A stretch of DNA of 64,000 nt from Ylistrum balloti. Taxonomy: Eukaryota. Below the pieces are notes generated by a model. The model ran no database searches. It was not told where the DNA came from and worked only from the letters and a program-made list of their open reading frames with translations. A program made the position numbers and the translations under genes. Each line of letters starts with the position of its first letter. The stretch's first letter is position 1. This document shows, piece after piece, positions 35,951 to 50,882 of this stretch. Where the stretch lies: the NCBI RefSeq assembly GCF_031769215.1, contig NW_026781993.1:1674001-1738000 (forward strand), given 5' to 3'.

Positions 35951-38663
35951 ACACTTACAGCAGCCCACAATGAGAATAGTCGACCCATTGAATGGCTTAA
36001 AAAGATATTTTCACAGACAAAGTATCTTTTTAAGCTTTCAAGTGGAAATGAAATCATACTGTACCTTATTTCCAGTTTAAATGTCGGAGACTTTCGCCAC
36101 TTTCCGTGAACGAGAAATACACCGTCTCTTGCATAGAAGCAGTCGAAAGATCGCGATTTGGCGTAAAACCTGTCCTGTCTTCTAACTATGTTAAAACTGC
36201 AAGATGTGCATTTTCTTTCGATAACTGTTTGAAATAAATTATGATTAAGTATTTGAATGTTTAGAAAATTTCCAGCAAACACTTATAAGGCTCAATGATA
36301 AGATAACTATTAGGCGGGTAAAGCACTAATCAAACTTGTGTAACTTCTTTATTTTTTATTGATGCTAAACTAAATACAAAGGTAAGGTGGTTCCAATAAT
36401 AGGGAAAAAAGAAATATTTTAACTGGTTTACTTCATTAGTTTTGTGTCATCGCTCTCCTTGTGAATATGTCTGGAAGAATGATATAATCATGGCTGGATC
36501 ACCCTTACACTTTGGTAAGTGATCATGATGCGATGATGTGCTATCTTGTTGCTCCTAGAGATAACTATGCATTCAATGTACATATTTTCCTTCGTCTGCA
36601 TAAAAAATGATATTCTTTATCCTTACCTTACCGAGTTTTATGCTTATTTTGAATTTTAGAATTGTGTAAATGTTTAATTAGATGTTGAATGGTGCACTGC
36701 TGGTGCATTCTTTCCTTGTACATTGGTAAACTATATTGCAAATGCAAATTTGAAACCATCTGTTTTGAATAGAAAAAGGGATCTTGGCACCCAACGTGGA
36801 ATGATCTATATATATATAAAAACTGATTTTGGCTATATTTTTCCACTTTGATCTGAAGTAACTCTTATTTCCGAAGATATAGCAATATATAACGCGGACA
36901 GTTTACTGCGGGACTACAAAGGGCGATTTGAACAGCCCACCATCATGTATTCTACTTTCTCCTTATGAAGGTATCATCAGTCAGAGGGAATAGGATACCA
37001 GAGGAAATGAGTATCATAGAGGTAATAGTTTCAAGCATTTACTCCCTCCAGATTTATGTCATGGGCAATGTCCAAGTCCACTTCATAACAGGAAGATAAC
37101 AATCATGCAGTGAAAATTCACTGGTTTTGGCTGTAGAATACATTAAATATCACTATCTAGTTTACATTTTCAACTCGAATAACGTAAGAAAGTTAATTCA
37201 TGATAGTCATTGCTTGAACAAAGCCAATATGTTCTTTTTAATCAGCAGCTTCTATTTTAGTCATTACTGATTTTTAAAACAATCTTTTATGTCTTAACAG
37301 CAAAATGTGCAAAGGATCTCTGACAATACTTTTCAAATTCTTGACAACAAGACATTCAAAATATCACAATGATTTATTGATATTTCAACCCAGATGTTAG
37401 TTAAGACAAAGTAAATGCTTCATCTGACAAAGTAAATATTTCAACATGTTTGTTTAATGCATATGATTTGTTTCTTGATACATGGAATGTCGTGAAAAGC
37501 TACTGCATGAGTAAATATGAATATGAATATTTGATAAATTTATATACTCATTACCAGTATAAAAGGATGCTTCTTGCCTATAAGAATAAAATGTGAAAAT
37601 TGATTTGTCTTATAAGGACGAAGTTCTGTTTTATTTTTGAAGGCAAGAGATGACTACCTTCAAAGACACTTTGGAATTTTTAATTTTACTTTTGTATATT
37701 TCAGTGAGTTTGATGAGTTGAATTATTGAATATTTTCATTATAAATTGCTTTCATATGAAGAATTTTGGTAAGTAGACTCTTCTTTTTCTCATTTGAAAG
37801 TGTTTTTCTGGAAATGTTAATCTTACTTTCAGCAAATTGTTAAGATTTTTAGCAACAATGTGGAGTTACAAATTTTCGAACAATTTATGTACATGAATAA
37901 TACTTCAGCACTGAATTGCTTTTAGTTGACATTCATGTGCAATTTCAACAATGTGTAACTTATTTCATTTACATTTCTTGCAATGTTCCTACAAATATGC
38001 CTTGGAATGTTTACCAGTTGAAAATCCACGCAGACTTTGGTCCATTTATACCATTTTAACAGTGTAAACAGAGGTAAATATCTTAAATAAAAATATATAT
38101 TTTTAAAACAATAATCTATATGTTACTTTATATATACATGCATAGAAATATATTTCATCTGATAAACTACTTGTTCTGTGCTCTGATCATATATTGAGCA
38201 ACAAACGGAGGGAGAAACAATTATAGATTATAAAATTTCCACTTATTTCTGAAATTGTTAGTTTTGCACATTGGTCACTACAAGGTCACCAGTACGCCTC
38301 AACTGATGTAAACAAACTACGTGTTGGTGCAGAACTGGTCAGTTTATCCTCTATATAGCATTTTTAATTGTGGTAAAAACAAGTCACTTGTTATTTTAAA
38401 ACTTAACTTTGAACAAAAAGAAACTTAACTCGAGTAAATGAAATGTCATATACATACATAACAATCATTACTCATTGTGTATAACCTCTTTATTTGACTC
38501 GTCAAATATTTTATTGTTGCCACTCACTTATCTGCTGGAAAAGGGTAGTAGGGTGGTATGTTTTCCCTTCGGAATATAAACATATTCCCCATTTAGAAAA
38601 TACACTGCAAACATGGAAAAACTGTCCCTAAAATAGAGCTAAGTAGTATATTTTTACTTAACA

Positions 38664-38725
38664 TACAGTCGAAACTCGTTATCTCGAAATTCAAGGGACC
38701 GTGGAAAATATTTCGAATTATCTCC
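38664..38725 (+). mobile_element. Solo left end of a Tc1/mariner-pogo-type MITE
   Basis: TA followed by CAGTCGAAACTCGTTATCTCGAA. No matching right end found. Confidence 0.5.
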
Positions 38726-38929
38726 AGTTACAAATCAGACCACTCCATCACGATACTAACATAAAAATGTCAAACATTTAAAAGAGGTGAATTCAACAAA
38801 ACACTAAAATGCAATACAGATTATGTAATTATGTAAGTTAAGAAAGTAATTAAAGATGTAAAGAAACAGTGTGCAGTTTCAATATATAATGAAAGTAACT
38901 TAGGTCATATAAATGAAAATGAAATACAA

Positions 38930-40500
38930 TTTTTTATTGACGATCAGTTATTTTTTAGAAACATTACCTAGAAAAATTAGAAGGAAACGATTTCTTATAC
39001 ATCCTATGAAAACAGAAGACTTCTAAAATAGAAAAAGACTCATCAAAATTTTAAAACTGGGAAAGATCTAAATTCTTTTATTATTCGATCAATAAACCGA
39101 GGGTATAAAACTGGGGAACTTTCGATAATTCAAAAACAGTGAATTATTATTTGTATACCAAAGGGAGATAAACCCTGTCAGTTTTTAAAAAATGGAGACC
39201 AATTTCACTTTTAAATGTTATATATGAAATAGCCCCAGGAAGTATTGCAGAAAGGCTTAAATCAGTTCTAGATAAAATTATACATAGTGATAAAACAGGT
39301 TTTATCCACGGTAAATAAATAGCTGAAAATACAATACTAACAAGAACAAGACATACCAGGCATGCTGCTACTTTAATAGTCTTTTGATTCGATATCATAG
39401 ACATTTATAAATCAAGTTTTAAAATTTTTATTATTTTAGGTAATCAATTAAGCAGTGGATAAAAACTTTTACAATCAATATTTCTTCCTTTGTAAACCTA
39501 GGTGGAAACTTATCTACATCCATAGGAGACCCGCTCTCACTATGCATTTCCTTTACTGTGCAGAAATACTAGCAATAAAATTCAGAACAAATTATCAATT
39601 AAAAGGCATTAAAATAGACAATACCGAACATTTGATATCACAATTCACTGACGATACTTCTCTCATTTTAGATGGCCCTGCATAATCACTTAGATATGCC
39701 ATTAAAAGCTTGATTGAAATATCGGGTTTAAAATTGAAATACATGTACACACAAACACTAGGAGTAAAAAGTACAATACAGAAAAAGTAATTAATAATCT
39801 TACTCTATCGTGGGGTTCAACACATTTTCATAGGAAATTTGATATGGAGTTCGTTTTGATGTTGATCTTGATAATATAGTGCAAGCCAATTTCAGAGATA
39901 AAACTACTCATTTAAAATAATTATTTAAACAATGGAATAGACGGTATATTACTCCAGTACGTAGAGTCACTGTAATAAAATCTCTTTACTACCATTACTT
40001 GAATTCAAAGGATTACCTTCACCTAGCCAAACCATTATGAAAAAAAATTAAGATATGTTTTAAGAATATCTTTGTGGAAGTCCAATAGCAAAGTGAAAGG
40101 AGGTGTCATGGTAAAACAATATAAGGGTTGAAAATGATTAATATCAAAGACTTTGAAATGGCTCTTAAATCAACAAAATCTGATTTACGTGAATTTTGCT
40201 TCATAGAAAAATAAACTATTCAGCATGTATTATGGGAATGTTATTAAGTTCAAAATTCAATTCTTGCTTTTCAAATATGGGTTCAAACTACAGGTAATGT
40301 GACTTTTAGTATAGATAAAATAGACTTGTATTTTGGTAAAATTACACAACAGTCATAATTCTAAATATGAAGCACTACATTTATTGTCAGTGTTTGTGCA
40401 AAGATCTATACCTACCAAATATAATCAGTTAACTTAAAACAGTATTTGACATTGGAAAATACATTGCAAAAAATATGACAGGGAAGCTTCCTTTACCTAG
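38930..40500 (+). mobile_element. Highly decayed L1/Tx1-clade LINE ORF2 remnant
   Basis: IDDQLFLE, IICIPKGDKPCQFLK-WRPISLLNV, SQFTDDTSLILDG and a zf-RVT-like ETIQHVLWEC, broken by deletions and stops. Confidence 0.85.
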
Positions 40501-41054
40501 GATTTCAGAGCCTATCACATAGCTTTCAGATATTTACATGTACGTGTATTTATAAGTAAGAACAGTAAAGGAGGTCAACAACTACTGGTATGCTGATTAG
40601 ATATAAAATTAATTATAAATACAAGCAACTATGCATAGACGAACGGTAATTAAACGTTTCTTTGTTTCTCTACCTTCTTGAAATTTGTTGTTATGGTGTT
40701 TCTTCAACAGCTTATATAGTTATACCATCATCCTATCATAAACATTCGTAGCATTGGTCGGAAAACTGTTGCTCTCTTATCTTTGTCTTTATTTTTCCCA
40801 ATCAATTTCTGCTTTTCTGCAAACTATCCCCCAATCCCTCTTTCAATTAATTTCAGTCAATCTATTGTACATTGATTTATACAGGTATATGGAACTATTT
40901 TCAGGAATGTTAATTATGACGTTTTATCAAAATTTGAATACATCTTTAAGGATTACGTCGTGAACGTTTGCTTAATGAAGAGAGAATAGATATAAAGGAA
41001 CGTAGCTGATACATTCCATCCGCAGACGGTTCCTCATGTACCGATTGTCTGGAA

Positions 41055-44000
41055 ATAACATTGGAAGAAATTCGTAGGGATAAGATAAAGGGTGTTATGT
41101 TTAGATCTAAAGCATCATGGTATGAAGATGGTGAGAAAAATACTAATTACTTTTGCAATTTAGAAAAAAGAAATTACATTAACAAAACTAATTACAGAGT
41201 CCGGTAATGTTCTTGATGATGTGGAGTATATTTTACAGGAGCTCTTAAACACATGGATAATGGGAAGAGTCCAGGGTCAGATGAGTTTGGGGCAGAATTT
41301 TACAAATTTTTTTGGCGTGATTTAGGAACTCTGCTTTGAAGGTCAGTAAATTATGCATCTGAAAATGGGAAACTCTCAGACTTTCAATGTCAAGGTATTA
41401 TTACATTCTTGCCAAAAGAGGGAAGGGATAGAAGGTATATAAAAAATTGGAGACCCATATCGTTACTAAATGTTGATTATAAAATAGCAGCTGCTGCAAT
41501 CGCAAATAGTATTAAGCCATTATTACCGGATATCATTAGCAATACTCAAACTGGGTTCATTAAGGGAAGGTTTATTGGGGAAAACACTAGACAACTTTAT
41601 GATTTAATGCAGCTCTTGGAAGAAAAAAATAAGCCTGGACTATTGTATCTAATTGATTTCGAAAAAGCATTTGATTCGATAGAATGGGATTTCATTGATA
41701 AGGCCATGGAAAGTTTTAATTTCAGGGAATCTATTAGAAAATGGTTTAGAGTTTTATATAAGGATTCAAAAAGTTGTGTAATTAATAATGGTCATCTGTC
41801 AAACTTCTTCTGTCTTCACCGTGGTTGTCGCCAAGGCGACCCATTGTCACCATATATTTTTATTATAGGTGTTGAAATTTTATCTATATCTCTAAAAACT
41901 AATCCTGATGTTAAACCTCTACAGATAGGTGGTAAAACTTTCCTCCTAGGTCAGTATGCAGATGATGCATCTCTTTTACTAGATGGCTCAAGTCAATCAT
42001 TGTATGCAACTGTTGAAGTACTAAGGTTATTTGCTGTCATATCAGGTCTGAAAATTAATGTTTTAAAATCTAATGTTTATTGGTTAGGTAGCAAAAATTT
42101 TTCAGAACAAAAAATCTGTGAAGATCTTAACCTGTCATGGTCTACAAGGAACTTCAAACTGTTAGGAATAGTTTTCTCTCTGAACTTGGAAGATATGGAA
42201 AGACTGAACTATTCTAATAAATTAAAAGACACTGAACGTAAATTGAAATTCTGGACCAAAAGAGATCTTTCTTTACTTGGCAGAATAACAGTGGTAAAAT
42301 CAATAATCATTCCTACATATGTACATATCTTCAGCTCGATCCCAAACCCGTCTTCAAAAATTTTAACTCAGCTTAATAGCATACTGTACAAGTTTATATG
42401 GAATTATAAAGTTGAAAAAATTAAGAGAGATACTTTGATTGGTTTGCTTGAAGTTGGAGGCCTAAAAATGACTCATATTATTTCTTTTATCAAATACTTG
42501 AAATTGAAATGGTTAAAAAGATTACTGGAAAATGAATCAGTACCATGGAAAACTTAAGTTCCAGATATTTTGAAACTTGATCCAAACATTGCTTTTCAGC
42601 TGAACTCACACTCTCTTGAAAATATAGGAAAACATATTAAGAACAAGTTTTGGAAAGATGTCATATTTGCCTTAGCAGAGATCCAAAATGAGTCTCATAG
42701 TCTAGAAGAATATTTAAATGAAGATTTAATTAACCTACTACCACACAACAAAATGTACCTGGGTATCAGCTGGAAACGGTTTGGCTTTAGTAAAATAAAG
42801 GATCTTTTTCAGAATGGTAATTTAAAAAGATATCAGGATGTTCAGGATTTTTGCAATTTTATTCTCTTGTAAACAAAATTAATCAGAGGTGGAAAGATGA
42901 ATATCGAGGAAGGAGTTTTTTGGGGGGAAATATAGAATTGTGTGAAACTACCAATGCAATTCATAAAATAAAGACCTCTCCATGCTTGAAATTTATTTAC
43001 AAAATCTTCTTGGATAAAAAGTTTATTAATCCATTCACGAGTCAGGATAAATGGAGAGCCAAATTAGATCTAAGGGAAAATTTCATATTTGATACTTATG
43101 CTTCTGTTTTTCAATATACTAGAGAAACTAAACTACAGGCCTTTCAGTATAAGATACATCACAGAATTTTACCTACTAAGTCCTTTTTATTTAAAATCGA
43201 TATAGAACAAGATAATTTATGTTCATTCTGCAATAGAGAGAAAGAAACAGTGGAACACATTCTATACTATTGTTATTATACAAATGAATTATTAGAAGAA
43301 TTTATTATGTGGTACTCTGAAAATGATAATACCCAGAATGATCTTGTAGTAAATGCCACTGATGTAATATTTGGTAATGCAAACTTTAGTCAAAGATTAA
43401 ACCACTTCCTCTTAATGTTGAAATTTCACATTTATTCATGTAAATTTAAAAATAAACTACCATCCTTTCAAGCATGTAAATTGTATTTCACTCAGGTTTT
43501 GAAAGTAGAAAAATATATTGCAAAAAAACATAATTTAGAATCAAAATTTCAAAATAAATGGGGGATATTCACAATAATTCTAAACAATTAAAACAAATAA
43601 TCCGTAATGTAAGAGAACTCTCCCCATACATCAATTTCATGCATTGTGTACAATAACGCACACGTTAAAATTTTTAAGATCATGTGTTCATTTATTATTT
43701 TTATTTACACACTGTAAATAAATATGAAAGGGCTATGCAATGCAGTGTAAAAGATTTAATTAGCTGTTATCATTTATATATGATCTGTGTCAGAGGGGGC
43801 TCTAATCCAATCCATATGCAGTCAGCTCACTTTATTCATTTTCTAATCTAAAGAATTTAATATATTAATTTCCAATGGCGTTGCCAGTACATTGTATATC
43901 AGGGAATGGGTGGAAGACTGTGAAGTGTGAGTGAGAAAATGAATTAGTAACTGTAATGAGCAATGATGAGTGAGTGTAAGGGAATGAATGAGGTACAAGT

Positions 44001-44240
44001 AAGATAAAACTAACAGGTATTTATTCCTATCCAGATTTCATTCCATAGCCATTGTAATAAAATGAGTGTGAAAGGCTGTGTAAGTGAAATGTATGTAGTG
44101 ATAGTGTGTGTGATGATAGATAGCCCTCCTGTGAGAGGACAACATGTTTGTACAGAGTCTGACCCCAGGGCCCCAACCCTGGCAGACCCTCATTAATTAA
44201 GTTTCTGGCATTAAAATCTTTCATCTAAAAAAAAAAGAAA
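41055..44240 (+). mobile_element. L1/Tx1-clade LINE, 5'-truncated, RT and zf-RVT largely intact, probable 3' UTR and poly(A) tail
   Basis: RSKASWYEDGEKNTNYF, GKSPGSD, and RT ORF 41409-42557 (WRPISLLNVDYK, LIDFEKAFDS, GCRQGDPLSP, QYADD). C-terminal CSFCNREKETVEHILYYC lies in ORF 42851-43591. ATTAAA at about 44210 is followed by an A-rich tail at 44227-44245; linking this tail to the element is inferred. Confidence 0.93.
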
Positions 44241-46374
44241 AAAGAAATAACCTAAAGGTGAACAACTGCAAGTTTGGCCACATGATCTAGCCTATTGTTT
44301 GTTACAGTATCCATAACAAATCACTGCTTTAAACCAATATCAAAGTAGTTTTGTACATTTTTATATAGATTTTCTTTCGTAAATAATAAAACATAAATGA
44401 ATCTATTTTGTGTAGGCTTTGGTATAAATAGCAATATATTTATAAATATAGGATTAAGATAAATCATTTGAAGTGATGGATTTGTAAACATCAAGTTGTT
44501 TGTTGCCCTATCAAACTTAAGCAAGTAGGCTCGTTGACCACCTTATCTCTATCCACAGAAAGTTCAGACATAGAGATGATGTAACAGTGAAACCTCATAT
44601 GATTAAAGGCCACTGGTACCACAGCTCTTGTCCAGAAACTGTGTTGGTGTTGTACTGCCTGGAAATATACATCCCTGAATCAATATTGGTTATAATTGAC
44701 GTTTGTCTTTTTCACTGGGTAGTCAGATATTACAGCAATAAATTTTATCATATGATAAAAAGTCCATGAAGTTTCTGTTGAATTTTGAGTTGTAAATATT
44801 TTTGTTCTTGAAATGGTAATACCATAAGTGTGTATTTATTCTTCCACCTGAGAGTATATAGATGTTCCCTGACTGCTACACAACTTGATATACCTGTATT
44901 CCACTGTTTAACATATTTTCCATTTCTAGACCATGGATCACCTTTCCAAAGGTCATTGAGTTTATCAGAACATGACTTGACAAATTCTAGGCTTGTTAAA
45001 AATCTCATATTACGGTTGCACCCCATGCATTTGTTGATGTACAGAATTACTCATTGTAAAATAACATTGTATATGTTTTGTAAAGATAAGGGATTTTGGT
45101 GATTTTAAGACTGAATGTTACAAAGTTATCAATAGTTGACCTTCAAGTTACCAAATACCAAATCACAGCCTGTCATAAAATACCCAGTTAAACAAGATTT
45201 TGTTTCTATTTTTGAACATTGTCAATGAGTCCTGCTACAATTACAGTATAATTTCTTTTACATTTAAATTTTGTGCTGTGTAATTTGTTTTCCTCCTACA
45301 GTACTCCAATTATTAGAATAATTGAAAATAAGATAGTAATCTAAAAAAGTTTTAATGCAATGAAGTCCTTTCTAGACCATATCTATACATGAAATGTTAT
45401 TGACTGTTAGCCTTAGAAACAAGGATTTATCGGATGTCTCTGAATCTGAGTTAGGAAGGATGTTTGTAAGGAAAGAAGTTTTCAAACAGAAATTGGGACA
45501 GAATAAGTATCCTTTAAAGCAATTTTATCACTTTTGATATTCCTTCTCTCATGCATTTTGACATTATTATGTTTATGTTTTACATTCTGACAGTCGGTAC
45601 TTACATATACTCTCATCTTTATCTGATTTGAAAATTAGATGAATGATGGCTGTGTTTCTTGTCAAGGTTTTTCCAGTGACAGGTATAACATACGAGCAGC
45701 ACATGCTTATTTAAACATTGTATATTGGTTCTGATACTGATATTTTACCGACTGACATTTCTTTGAAACGTTCGGTCATGTTCTAATCGCGATTTTGAAT
45801 AGCAAATTGACATGAATGGACAAACAAATTTTGGCTTTTAATTGCTTTCTGTTAGATTTATTAAGTTCCATTCAGCAATAAGCACATCACTTATTTGGCA
45901 CAGTTTCAGATACCACTGTGACAATTGCTACTCAATGTTTCTGTCACTGCGATTCAAACATATGCTTTAAAAAACAACAGCCAACAGATTTCAATCCTAC
46001 CAAGTAGATTTTCATCTGTCATTGACTAGAATGATTTATATGTAATTTGTTGGTGATAAGTGGGGAAAGTTAATTAACATTGTTGTGAAGGAAGGAGATC
46101 TTTGTTTACAACAGATCTAGTTTGAATCTGGATGAAATAAATGTACTGTAATACAAATTATACTTCAGAATGCACTGAAAATCAATTACTTGTTCTTGTC
46201 GGAACAAAATCCATAATTATGTTGGGTTTTTTCCCCGAAGGAAATAGGCATACTAACACAAATATCTCTGTACCTTCCACACTATGTCTGGACATCATAA
46301 AATTGTGATGATGGGAAATGAAAAATCAATTATTTGAGTATTTCTGTAACATATCAGACAAAACAAGCTGTCAT

Positions 46375-46625
46375 ATCATATAAAATATTAGCTTTATTTA
46401 TTCTACAACGATTGTGAAACAAGTTATAGCATCTTACACTTGTTGGCTTGGATGTAAGCTTGTCAAGGGTCTTATTGTGGGAGGAAACTGGAATACCAGG
46501 GGAAACCCAGATAGTCAGACAGATGAACCCCAACCTTAGCACATACATTGTGGGAATCAAACACAGGACGACTGAGTAAAAGGCGAGTGTGGTATCACTA
46601 CCCGACCATATATTACAGCTATGTG
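46375..46625 (-). mobile_element. tRNA-derived SINE with a Meta/V-type central domain
   Basis: Minus strand: tRNA-like head with B-box GTTTGATTCCC, core GGGTTTCCCCTGGTATTCCAGTTTCCTCCCACA, tail AATAAATAAAGC. Confidence 0.75.
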
Positions 46626-49269
46626 TGGACTGATATTGCATGAAGATGACAAATTTTTATAGTTCTAAAAGTTTAGATGTTGGTCAATACCTATAACTAT
46701 TTTTGGTGGTAGATTTTCAATCAATTTCTGCCAATGCCTCATTCTTGGCAATCTGTTTAGTCTGTCAGATGTATAAAAGTATAAATCAACTACTCGGTTA
46801 AACTAATGTAAACATTTACCTGTATAAATAACCGAGATTTCCAGACGGATAACAAGCATGACTGATCTTATGCAATATTCCTGTTGCATACGTAAAGGCT
46901 CTCTCAAGTGAACAAATTCCAAATTTCATTTATTTATTTTTTTTTTTTGAAAGAGATGCACCTTCAATGTATTTTGAATAAAAAACTTATGTTTGGAATA
47001 CCTTGATTTTATGCAGTGACATTTGAAAAGGGCTTTATAACAGCAGTATTTACCAAATAGATAAATTCAGTCATGCTTTCTGAGGAAGATGATAGAATGA
47101 AATATTTATGACTTTCCAGCAGTTCTACTTGTATTATGGAATGTAAAAGCACAGAAATAGAGCCATATCTAAATCAGATATAATATACAGACACTGATAA
47201 TTTGTAAATTTTATATATGGTTTGCTTTGCACGGAAATAATATTGAGCTGGTTTTTGACATTTTGAAATATTATTTCCATTTCCATTATACATGATTTAT
47301 AAGTGAAATTAAAATTGTTGCTACATCATTAATTTCTTCACAAACTTGATTTTAAACATTATTCTTCGTTTACATTAAATGCTGTTATACTAAAAAAAAA
47401 ATTGAAAAAAGATTGTCTGGAAATAATAAAAAAATCAAGATATATATATATGAGTTATCCTGTATTCATCAGAAATAGAAGATAGAAAACGTCCATGTGA
47501 AATTTTATGAAATTATGCTTAACGTAAGAAAAAACACACAGCTGATTTCGTTGTTTATAGTGAGCTGGAACATTGAAAATTGAGTGTATTCTGGCATAAG
47601 TTGATTATCTCTAATGATGTATAAAGTACTGTCTATATGTTAATGTATATGTTACAAGAAAATAGAACTGTCATTTAAATAGCTTTCTTTCAAACTAGTC
47701 TGAATTATGTCTGGTACAATCAATCTCCTCTAGAGGACACACATATTCCATATTTAAGAAAAATATGAACAAGAAAAATGTTCAATTAAACTTAATACTA
47801 ACGAAAGGTAAAAGTTTTGTTTTTCAAAAATACATTTACTTGTAGAAATAGGAAGATAGTTAGGTATTCCTATACTCCGACATTGGAGATGAGTTCCACT
47901 ATTTATTTAAATGCCGAAACGAATCAGTAAAAGGTATCATTGCAGAGGGAAATACATACCAAAATATCACTTCACATATCCAAGATGAAGTAAAAATTCA
48001 AGGATTAATGAACATATTCAGTGTAAAGTTATCCACAAAAATTCCCAGATTTGTAGTAGGCTAAACTTGATGAATGGAGTTACATTATGTACCAATATTT
48101 ACAGAACATGTTGTCATTTTGTATCATCACATACCATGTATCATGCTTACTATATGTATGTGACCTATTGTTAAGTACGTAAGTGTGTCAAGGTGATTGA
48201 ATAAAACCTTAAGCCTGTAAACGATTTTCAAGTTGTAACCAGGAAAACCTCCTCGGATGCCGAAGCCCTATAAAGTGTCTACTGCAAAGCAAGGTTTCTC
48301 TGAGAATAGTAAGATTTGTAACTGTGTAGAGGAATATAATGACATAATGAGAATCCAACTGCCACAATTTATTTTGGAAAGATATTTGAAGCATCGGGTA
48401 AATGGAATAGCTCTTAACTTATAAGACTTGTTAAAATAAACATCTGTTCTGAAGATCATTCTTTGGGTAACCAGGTTAATGATAAGTTTGTTTTTACATT
48501 GGTTAAGCCAATGAAAATCCTAAAAATAACCCTTTCACCGCTTAGGGGGTTTTTCAGGCATTTTCAAATTAACAATTTTCTACGATTTCACGTTTTATAG
48601 TATCAACAAGTCAAGTAAAAAGCTCTTAACATTTACCAAGTTACAGTGTTTTAAAGTTTAAAGACTCATTCATTACATCTTGGTAACCAGTACATTTCTT
48701 TATAAAATCAATTTAAACCCTAGCCTGGTATATACTTTCTAGAAAATGAAGCTACTGTTCATTGTATATGTAGAGAGGGCCAAGTGAAGTCCAGAGAATT
48801 TCGGTGTCTTCTCACTTGGCCTGTATAGGGTATTTACCTCGGTAAAAGTAAGTTGTAATGTGAAGGCTAAGTGAGTACAATTTACATTACACAACACAAA
48901 AAGTAAATATCTATATATAGTAATTTTATGATTTTAGACACTTTGCTATTACTTTTCATATTATCTTTTGATATTCTAGCAAAACACCTTTAAACATTAA
49001 CATATTCTTTTAAACAGTGAAACAAATATGGATGATGATTTTAAACAGAATTTAAAGTTTAATTCAATTTGATCATAACACTAACAGGTGGGTTTTGAAA
49101 ATATCATATCCTTGAGGGTCAGTTTATTAATTTATGCACAAAAGACACATCATAGAATTTTGAGCCATGTTCTTAAGGGGTCATTATATCAAATTATGCA
49201 CAAAATACATATCAAAGGCTTTGTATGTCAATAAGACCAAATAGGGCAAGTGTGATGCTGTATCACTAA

Positions 49270-50060
49270 ATATAACATCGAACAAACCTGTCTTTAAGCC
49301 GCCATAGACAAGAATTCAGTTGAACGTATTTTCTCCTTTTTGGTCGTTGTTTCCCTCCAGCTGCAAGTTGGATTATGTCGGCTTCATCAGTTACCTGTAT
49401 CTTCTGAGACAGTTTTATAATCACAAATATAAATTGTGAAGAATCCAGTGTAGATAGATTCCGTTTTGTATACATTGTATAACTTCATTAATATGTAGGG
49501 AATATAACTGGCTGAGCAATCAAGAACATAATTAAAAGGTGCCATCACAAAACACTGCAGCAACATTGCAAAGTTTCCTCAAACTGTCATCAGAAGTCAA
49601 AATCCTATAACCTTGGTTGTCAGTAACTTTTCCCGCATTCAGTTTCCATCCATGAACCTTCAAGATTAACATCCTGTTGCGTGACTAGTAATTTTAGCAG
49701 AACCTTAGAGCGGCTTCTATAGAGGGATGTCTTGCAACTCTCGAAGGTTGAAATCCGACCTATCATGTCTCCAACATCATCGTCAAAGTCTCTGTCTCGT
49801 AATTTCATCATCATAGATGGTCGGATTTGCTACAGTTCATCTCGATACCTTGTTAAACATTGTTGATGTATGCATTCGAAGCTAAACCAATCGGACCAGC
49901 AGGATGATTGTGGTTCTGTCCAAAAGTCACTGAAAAACTGTTCAGAGTCTTCATTCTAGCCAGACGTTGAGAAGATATACATTCAATAAACACGGTCAGT
50001 CAGCCTTCTCTTTACAGACAACTTATAGCCAGCATGAAGAGCATATTAATCACCTCTACC
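49270..50060 (-). mobile_element. Mutator-like (MULE) transposase remnant with FLYWCH domain, internally deleted
   Basis: YAGYKLSVKRR and GQNHNHP (FLYWCH); TFESCKTSLYRSR..L.VTQQDVNLEGSWMET; catalytic-like FCDGTF at 49546-49535 followed by QLYSLH; C-terminal IIQLAAGG..RPKRRKY. Confidence 0.78.
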
Positions 50061-50882
50061 ACTTTCTTTTTAAAAAAAACTGAACTTGTGCGTTGATTGA
50101 TTTTAAACTGATACCTACAACAGTTTTTAAAGAAGAAAAATCACCAAATCATCTAAGCTAGAATTTCTCACAAAAACATCTATTGATCATATACAATAGT
50201 TAGATGAATATTGTTTCTATTGCTCGGTTAAGTACATAAAAACACCATAAGAAATAATTGTCTTTGGAATCACAAACATGGGCCGTTGTAATTCTCATGT
50301 ACATGTGTATGTAGACATATTTTGAATATAATTTGGTTACATAATTGTGATTTCGTTTCCGCCTTTACATCAAATTTCTGTTAATAACGGTGTTTTAAGG
50401 AACAATAAATACTATTAAAACGATCGTATTTGTTTTTTTTCAAAACTATTTATTCTTAAGATTGTTAAGTATTTCGTATACATTGTACATACATAAATGT
50501 TTATAAATTTGAGTTCATTCATTATTTCAACACACAATTTCAATAACTAGTTTTCACATTTCAATATGTATCTCTGTCTCTCTAGTTTTACGATGAGTGA
50601 CAAACATGAAAAAATACTATATGCAATGCAGGCTAGGTGATATTTGGTAATTTCCAGGTGCAGGCTAAGTGAATGAACCTAGATTTCAAGCTATAAAATC
50701 TTAATTATTCCAAGAAGAAAAGCCATGAAGACTGGTTATTCCTCTAAATCCTATTTGTTTTTGTTATAAAAAATGGATAAACAAGTCATGCAATATCACC
50801 GTGTACAACCTCCATCCCCGGGTTGCTGAGGTGCGAGTGCCGGGATGGCGCGTTGAATTGCTTGCAAACGAATGCACAAGAT

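Noticed and set aside
36075-36282. Minus-strand ORF 35899-36282 and an exon-like block as a protein gene
   Set aside because: Weak acceptor, no recognisable domain and no linked exons.
44500-48460. Short ORFs and an isolated donor near 46820 as a further gene
   Set aside because: No phase-consistent exon chain or recognisable protein could be built.
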